In this document: positions 26,801 through 30,130 of the stretch, one piece after another | Layout: each line of letters begins with the position of its first letter | How positions within the stretch are numbered: position 1 is the stretch's first letter | IMG/VR virus record: IMGVR_UViG_3300049437_000095 | Span: 1-30,130 of that record | DNA from: a virus | Lineage: Duplodnaviria > Caudoviricetes | Length of the DNA stretch: 30,130 bases | Direction: 5' to 3' (one strand) | Made by a program: the position numbers and the translations under genes | Notes under the pieces: generated by a model | Told to the model about the DNA's origin: nothing | The model's input: the letters and a program-made list of their open reading frames with translations, nothing else | The model's database searches: none

Positions 26801-28220
26801 ATCCGTCGTAGTGATAATTCTGCATGAACAGTTTGATGTTGTGGCACAGGTTCTGCGTTGCCACCAGGTCGTTTTGTGCTGTTGCGAATTCCGTGTTCGT
26901 GGATCCGCCTGCCAGAAACAAGATCTGCTTTCCTCGAGCATGGAGGTAATCGTTCAGCAGCGTGGTCCTTCCCGAGGCTCCGAGCATGCTGCCAAGGTTC
27001 AGCGTTCCGTCCGCCGATACGGATCCGCCGAATGCGATGTAGACGTCCGCGAGGTTCCAATCGAACGTCGCCACATTTATCATGCCTCCATTCGTTCCTC
27101 CGAGGCCGCTCATGTTCAGCTGTCCGCCATACAGGTAGTACCAAATCTGCCGGCTACCGTAGGTAATTCCCCCGCCCCCTCCTCCTCCACCCCCGGTGGA
27201 TGGCGCATTGATCGTGATGCTCTTGCTTCCCGTTGCTGGATCGTTTGCCGTGGCTCCGCTATCGTCTGCCGTCTCTGCCCTGAACGTGTGCGACCCGGCA
27301 GTGTGCCATGTGTAGTATTTCGTGAATGCCAGCGACGTCCCGGTGAGGCCCACCGCCTCTGTGTCGAGTACTCCGTCGTAATACAGGCGGACGTAATTCA
27401 GGCCGGCTCCAGGCGGGCCGTCCGATGCCGTCACGGTAATTCCCACCGGCGTTCCCGTGTCCCCTTGTGCCGGCACCGTCACGGTAATGCTGGGAGGCGA
27501 GTTCAATTGCGCTCCGATCGTTGCCGTGTAGAAATCGTCCCACCTGGTGTTCGTGCTGTCGTTCGCTCCCAGGCTTGCGTAGAATCCACTTGTTAGCTGG
27601 TTGACCAGGACGGTGTTCGTGTCCGTTGCCACCCCGAGGCTGTCCCTGGTCCCGCTCACCCTCCACCGGTGGACCGATGCCTGGAAAGGATAAAAGCTCA
27701 GCATTCTTATGACGAGCGTGTCTCCGGTCTGGAATGTGGTAGCTCCTGTCGGCAATGAAAAGGCCGCGTACCCTACTGAGCCTACGCTGGTGATCATGGC
27801 CCGGTAGTACATACGGATCTGGTGTGCTGTCCCGCTCAGGTTCCCGCGGAATGTAAAGCCTCCGCTCAGCTGTGCCGGTGTCTTTGTCGGGGTAAGCGTG
27901 AGCAATATTGGCGCCCGGCCCGAAAGCCATGTCCCTGGGTTTGCCACCCTCAGACGGAATTCCGTCAGGCTTGTCATCTGGCTGTCCCAAAGGCTGTAAT
28001 TCATCCCGGACGTCGTGAGGCTGGCCGTTGCTGAATTGCTGGTGATCCTCATCGGCGCCGCTGCTCCAAGAGCCACCCACTTCCTTTGCCCTGTTAGCGC
28101 GGTCGTGTCCGCCCTGTTGAAGTCATCGCGGATCTGTCCGATCGCGTTGCTCGTTACGATTGCTGCCACCAAAACGAACAAAAGGCCGAGAACGGCCAGG
28201 CATCCTTTTTGTCTCATCAT
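23820..28220 (-). CDS. secreted-type multidomain protein (1466 aa): signal peptide, Ig-like domain, GH18 glycoside hydrolase, three IPT/TIG-like domains, fibre-like C-terminal region
   Basis: MMRQKGCLAVLGLLFVLVAAIVTSNAIG|Q; DGFDIDLE (DxxDxDxE) at 26807-26784; LAGGS; GSYD; IPT-like repeats (V.G.NF, G.R.V.VTN.DG); RATNTTFGSVRGGGAFDISDGIIS fibre motif. Confidence 0.85.
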   Translation of the reverse strand: MMRQKGCLAVLGLLFVLVAAIVTSNAIGQIRDDFNRADTTALTGQRKWVALGAAAPMRITSNSATASLTTSGMNYSLWDSQMTSLTEFRLRVANPGTWLSGRAPILLTLTPTKTPAQLSGGFTFRGNLSGTAHQIRMYYRAMITSVGSVGYAAFSLPTGATTFQTGDTLVIRMLSFYPFQASVHRWRVSGTRDSLGVATDTNTVLVNQLTSGFYASLGANDSTNTRWDDFYTATIGAQLNSPPSITVTVPAQGDTGTPVGITVTASDGPPGAGLNYVRLYYDGVLDTEAVGLTGTSLAFTKYYTWHTAGSHTFRAETADDSGATANDPATGSKSITINAPSTGGGGGGGGGITYGSRQIWYYLYGGQLNMSGLGGTNGGMINVATFDWNLADVYIAFGGSVSADGTLNLGSMLGASGRTTLLNDYLHARGKQILFLAGGSTNTEFATAQNDLVATQNLCHNIKLFMQNYHYDGFDIDLESGLNVANMQRFVRILKDTMNTFTRYNDPTKRCLITAFIYSDGLFNAFQGGGMDTCIDYYNLGSYDQAGTWQNLVWHTSCPTTYDSAGNIPSYNLRPVINDLLPSVHKFIKKAKTLGWPTYKLNAFYDFNGALYRSSSGNAADPTNGVWSIRQRWSTAPSVQGDENFYQMYPRYIQRAEQLGTVKHDSLAGYAAYIEMYHPEIIQTDTTPYNVPDSVLVFADSISIRRFVQVALAESVNFGAWDMGEGSLPSTYTRPHRMYEYVKNALISFTDTTQRQINSTTPSTATAGGAGFNLDVYGLNFHAGDSVIFNGTYKVTTFINSGNLRAAILASDIATAGTKTVNVQNAGISSNTVSFTVTASIAKPELSSGSPNKVGQGAGNFSVVWAGSGFQAGAAITFSGTGITVNATTFNSTTQLTTSLTVSGAAATGNRTVYVTNADGQRDTLVGGLAITDAPAITIFVPDSVRRGQTVSVQVQGNHFKSGSLVSLAFSPSGISFVAGVFTADSTRWAASIVVDGAAATGYRNVTMTNGDGGVATISNAIRVYVPADTTGGQSQPLAFLVKRNGVVGTMTAADYVDWNIRTSAQTGTPAAGKWRQFSGGFITDAGQVVSSIFTLGLASDGTLSSSQAYLADGEAFSWTLSGGTFTGSVRRATNTTFGSVRGGGAFDISDGIISLGPNSVTSENIAGELNKSVLPFDAMYATGTAGTFAVNNGDGTVTFVDTTGMKAPAGGSVTVYERQGYIARFIKGINSNTNDATQFTGIDDPFGITGNRMGGANPAIYFGNPPPVYPRDAGRRGRIAIAPQVGPGLISGGWMSTGASGALRAGFLMREPDTLEFVNFIMPTSRDSNKFFVGKFRGPISNAVDTLPAYVPRVGFAWGGRDSMFVNTDSLFAEWCDSTTVSRVGVSLPTLGGEYDLKIVTTASSFLFYVDDVLKLTATWSLPTLGTVCNHGMGVFTLGNITPVNTSYIGAVGISVDDIKYEPKH

Positions 28221-28224
28221 GTGT

Positions 28225-29229
28225 TTATCTCACCAGGCCTGTGACTGTTATGGGATCGTCTTCCGTTGAGTAAAACTGGACGATGACGCTGTCCGTCTTT
28301 GCCGTAACCACCGGCATCGCTATTGGCGTTGCCGTCCCTCCGATTGCCGATGCCACCTTCATGCTGCTCGTTACCCCCGGAACGTATACCGCTACCCTCT
28401 GTGTGGTTCCTGCCGGCACCGTCGCTGTGAACGTGTAGACCGGCGTCAAGCTCGTATTAATCGACCAGGCGGATCCGCTCCAATATGCCGAGCCCGGCGT
28501 CGCTCCTGGCACGAGCTCGTTCGGCGCCGACGTTCCGTTTCCCACCGGAATGCCGTTCGTTGTCCACGTCGATCTCCCGGACCCCCCTCGAGGTACCCCG
28601 AGTATTCCACCCGTGAGATCGGCCGTGTTGTGCGTATGATTCAGAAGGGCTCGAAGCGTGAGGTCGTACTTTGTGGCCACCTCCGTTGAGTCTCCGACGA
28701 GCGTTAACGCACCAAGCGTCCCGGAGGCGTTCACTCCCCACGTCGCTGTCACAGGAGTCGACTTATCGACTTTCAGCGAGATATCGAATTGTGTCGCGAA
28801 GTAGAGCAGCGTATCAGCGACGAGTGTGAGGTTGTGCCCGTTGATCGACCATGTGAGTATCGCGTTGCTGATCAGCTGCACGCTGTCCCTGATCTGCGGG
28901 AATCCGGAAACGTTGATCGTGAATGTCGTGTCACCTGTGCCCGATCCGCCGCCTCCGCCAGTTCCGACGCTGTCGAGGTTGGACTCTGACCCGTTCCCGT
29001 AGATCATGTAGCACTTACCCGGACCAGGTATCCAGAGAATGGCGGTGTTCGCGATCGGGGCAGGTTTCGTTGCACTGTAGACCAGGACCACCTTTGTTGC
29101 TCGAAGCATTCTGCCGGCGACAATCGTGTCGCGCCGGATGTAGCTGCCCTGCGAGCATGCCTCGCTCGTCAAGAGCAGTGACATCAACGCGAGGATGAAT
29201 AGGGCGGTCATTCCCCCGAATCGTTTCAT
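28225..29229 (-). CDS. signal-peptide-bearing tail-fibre-like protein (334 aa)
   Basis: MKRFGGMTALFILALMSLLLTSEACS|Q; Gly hinge; NHTHNTADLTGGILGVPRGGSG fibre motif. Confidence 0.75.
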   Translation of the reverse strand: MKRFGGMTALFILALMSLLLTSEACSQGSYIRRDTIVAGRMLRATKVVLVYSATKPAPIANTAILWIPGPGKCYMIYGNGSESNLDSVGTGGGGGSGTGDTTFTINVSGFPQIRDSVQLISNAILTWSINGHNLTLVADTLLYFATQFDISLKVDKSTPVTATWGVNASGTLGALTLVGDSTEVATKYDLTLRALLNHTHNTADLTGGILGVPRGGSGRSTWTTNGIPVGNGTSAPNELVPGATPGSAYWSGSAWSINTSLTPVYTFTATVPAGTTQRVAVYVPGVTSSMKVASAIGGTATPIAMPVVTAKTDSVIVQFYSTEDDPITVTGLVR

Positions 29230-29654
29230 GCGAACTCCTCTGCTGTGTAGTACACATCCGTATCGTCTTCGTCCGGGTACGCTTGGAAACCGGTTCCGTC
29301 GGCCGCTGCGATGTACCGGACGCCGATGTCCTGCCCATCCTTCCTCCCCCAGACATCGAGAGAATGGTTGTCGTCGTCGAAGGCCTGCGGGTAGTTGATG
29401 AACTGACCCGCCGCGTTGACCCGGACCTTTCGTGAGAAATGTTTAAGCGTCGACGAGAGTGGCAATGCGTCGGTCGAAGTGTCAGCGATGTAGTTCTCGT
29501 TGCCATCGACATCGTTGTCATTTGCCAGCAGTTCAGTTGCGGAACCGAGGAGAAGGAGTTTTGTGGATTCTGCCAGGGCGGCAAAATCAGGATTGAGGTC
29601 AGCCTCAGCAATCATGTCTGAGACCAGTAGATCAGAACTGCGGACGTTGCCCAT
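29226..29654 (-). CDS. acidic hypothetical protein (142 aa), first gene of the late operon
   Basis: GGGGAAGA RBS; ATGA overlap with the next gene. Confidence 0.7.
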   Translation of the reverse strand: MGNVRSSDLLVSDMIAEADLNPDFAALAESTKLLLLGSATELLANDNDVDGNENYIADTSTDALPLSSTLKHFSRKVRVNAAGQFINYPQAFDDDNHSLDVWGRKDGQDIGVRYIAAADGTGFQAYPDEDDTDVYYTAEEFA

Positions 29655-29670
29655 TCTTCCCCGTTGTTAA

Positions 29671-29706
29671 ATAAAAAAGGCCTGTCTGACTGCCGGCAGA
29701 CAGGCC
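29671..29706 (-). terminator. intrinsic terminator directly upstream of the first structural-operon gene
   Basis: GGCCTGTCTG-8 nt-CAGACAGGCC perfect 10-bp stem followed by TTTTTTAT on the minus strand. Confidence 0.85.
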
Positions 29707-29758
29707 CTTCACCTAACCACACATCCCGCTTCAAGGAGGATATGCTATGACGGGCAAG

Positions 29759-29786
29759 AATATATGAGATTCACAATGACGCGCAA
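29759..29786 (-). promoter_or_regulatory. putative promoter TTGCGC-16-TATATT
   Basis: -35 at 29786-29781, -10 at 29764-29759; upstream A-tract. Confidence 0.5.
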
Positions 29787-29941
29787 TGCAATTTTTTACA
29801 CTTAGTGACAAATTCACTGTCGCGGTTGGGAGAATCTGAGGGAAGGAAAGAGAGAGCCGTGGTTCGCTCAGAACGATTGTCTTGGCACCATCAGTTCTGC
29901 GAGTCAGAACAACTAAACGGGGGATCTCAGGATGAAGGGCA

Positions 29942-30130
29942 TTAAGCTGAATTATGAGGCTTATGGAAAGTCACAATCTGGCTCACAATGAGAAACGCGA
30001 TAACCGAAAATAGAACGTCCTTTAATCTGAATGCACCGAAAATAATTGAATCGCGCAGGAACGGTATACTCCCAAGCACTAGATTCTGGAGCAAAAAGAT
30101 GACTCCCCACACAATCATGCACATTCCAAC
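29942..30130 (-). CDS. C-terminal part of a membrane protein, truncated by the window edge
   Basis: Frame open to the edge; two hydrophobic segments; more AT-rich than the structural genes. Confidence 0.55.
   Translation of the reverse strand, partial: VGMCMIVWGVIFLLQNLVLGSIPFLRDSIIFGAFRLKDVLFSVIAFLIVSQIVTFHKPHNSA

Larger units (their letters stand above)
4037..29786 (-). mobile_element. siphovirus-type (pro)phage morphogenesis and lysis operon
   Basis: Contiguous co-oriented portal-protease-capsid-neck-tail-TMP-fibre-lysin genes with overlapping start/stop codons. Confidence 0.95.

Noticed and set aside
27168-27196. G-rich tract (possible G-quadruplex or contingency locus)
   Set aside because: Explained by a poly-Gly linker using mixed codons; no long homopolymer.
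29733-29767. Plus-strand perfect SD with downstream ATGs
   Set aside because: ORFs are only 2 and 6 codons; treated as part of the minus-strand leader and promoter.
1-30130. CRISPR array, tRNA, rRNA, IS or att site
   Set aside because: No regularly spaced repeats, cloverleaf, transposase/integrase motifs or terminal direct repeats recognised by eye.

Overview
About 25.6 kb (4037-29654, minus strand) is the virion/late operon of an HK97-fold, siphovirus-type (pro)phage. It contains a portal fused to a MuF/gp7-like minor head domain, prohead protease, major capsid, neck proteins, two paralogous tail-tube genes (one with a LamG-like domain), a tail chaperone pair joined by a predicted -1 frameshift, tape measure, hub/Dit-like proteins, fibres and a DUF5675 lysin candidate. 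No terminase or integrase is visible in the window. The most unusual feature is that five genes inside the structural operon encode Sec-type signal peptides all ending A-x-[A/G/S]|Q, the 'Q-rule' pattern of Bacteroidota-related (FCB) hosts. They are two capsid-decoration-like proteins, a holin-like protein, a tail-fibre-like protein and a 1466-aa GH18/IPT fibre-like protein. This suggests virion accessory parts that are exported and matured outside the cytoplasm. The left 4 kb is an accessory/defence-like region: an MTase-endonuclease fusion (partial), a hairpin-dense leader with an unannotated 30-aa hydrophobic peptide, DUF4145, and a small protein + ClpP-fold (SDH) protease pair behind tandem consensus sigma70 promoters. 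All family assignments come from motif recognition by eye, not from database searches.
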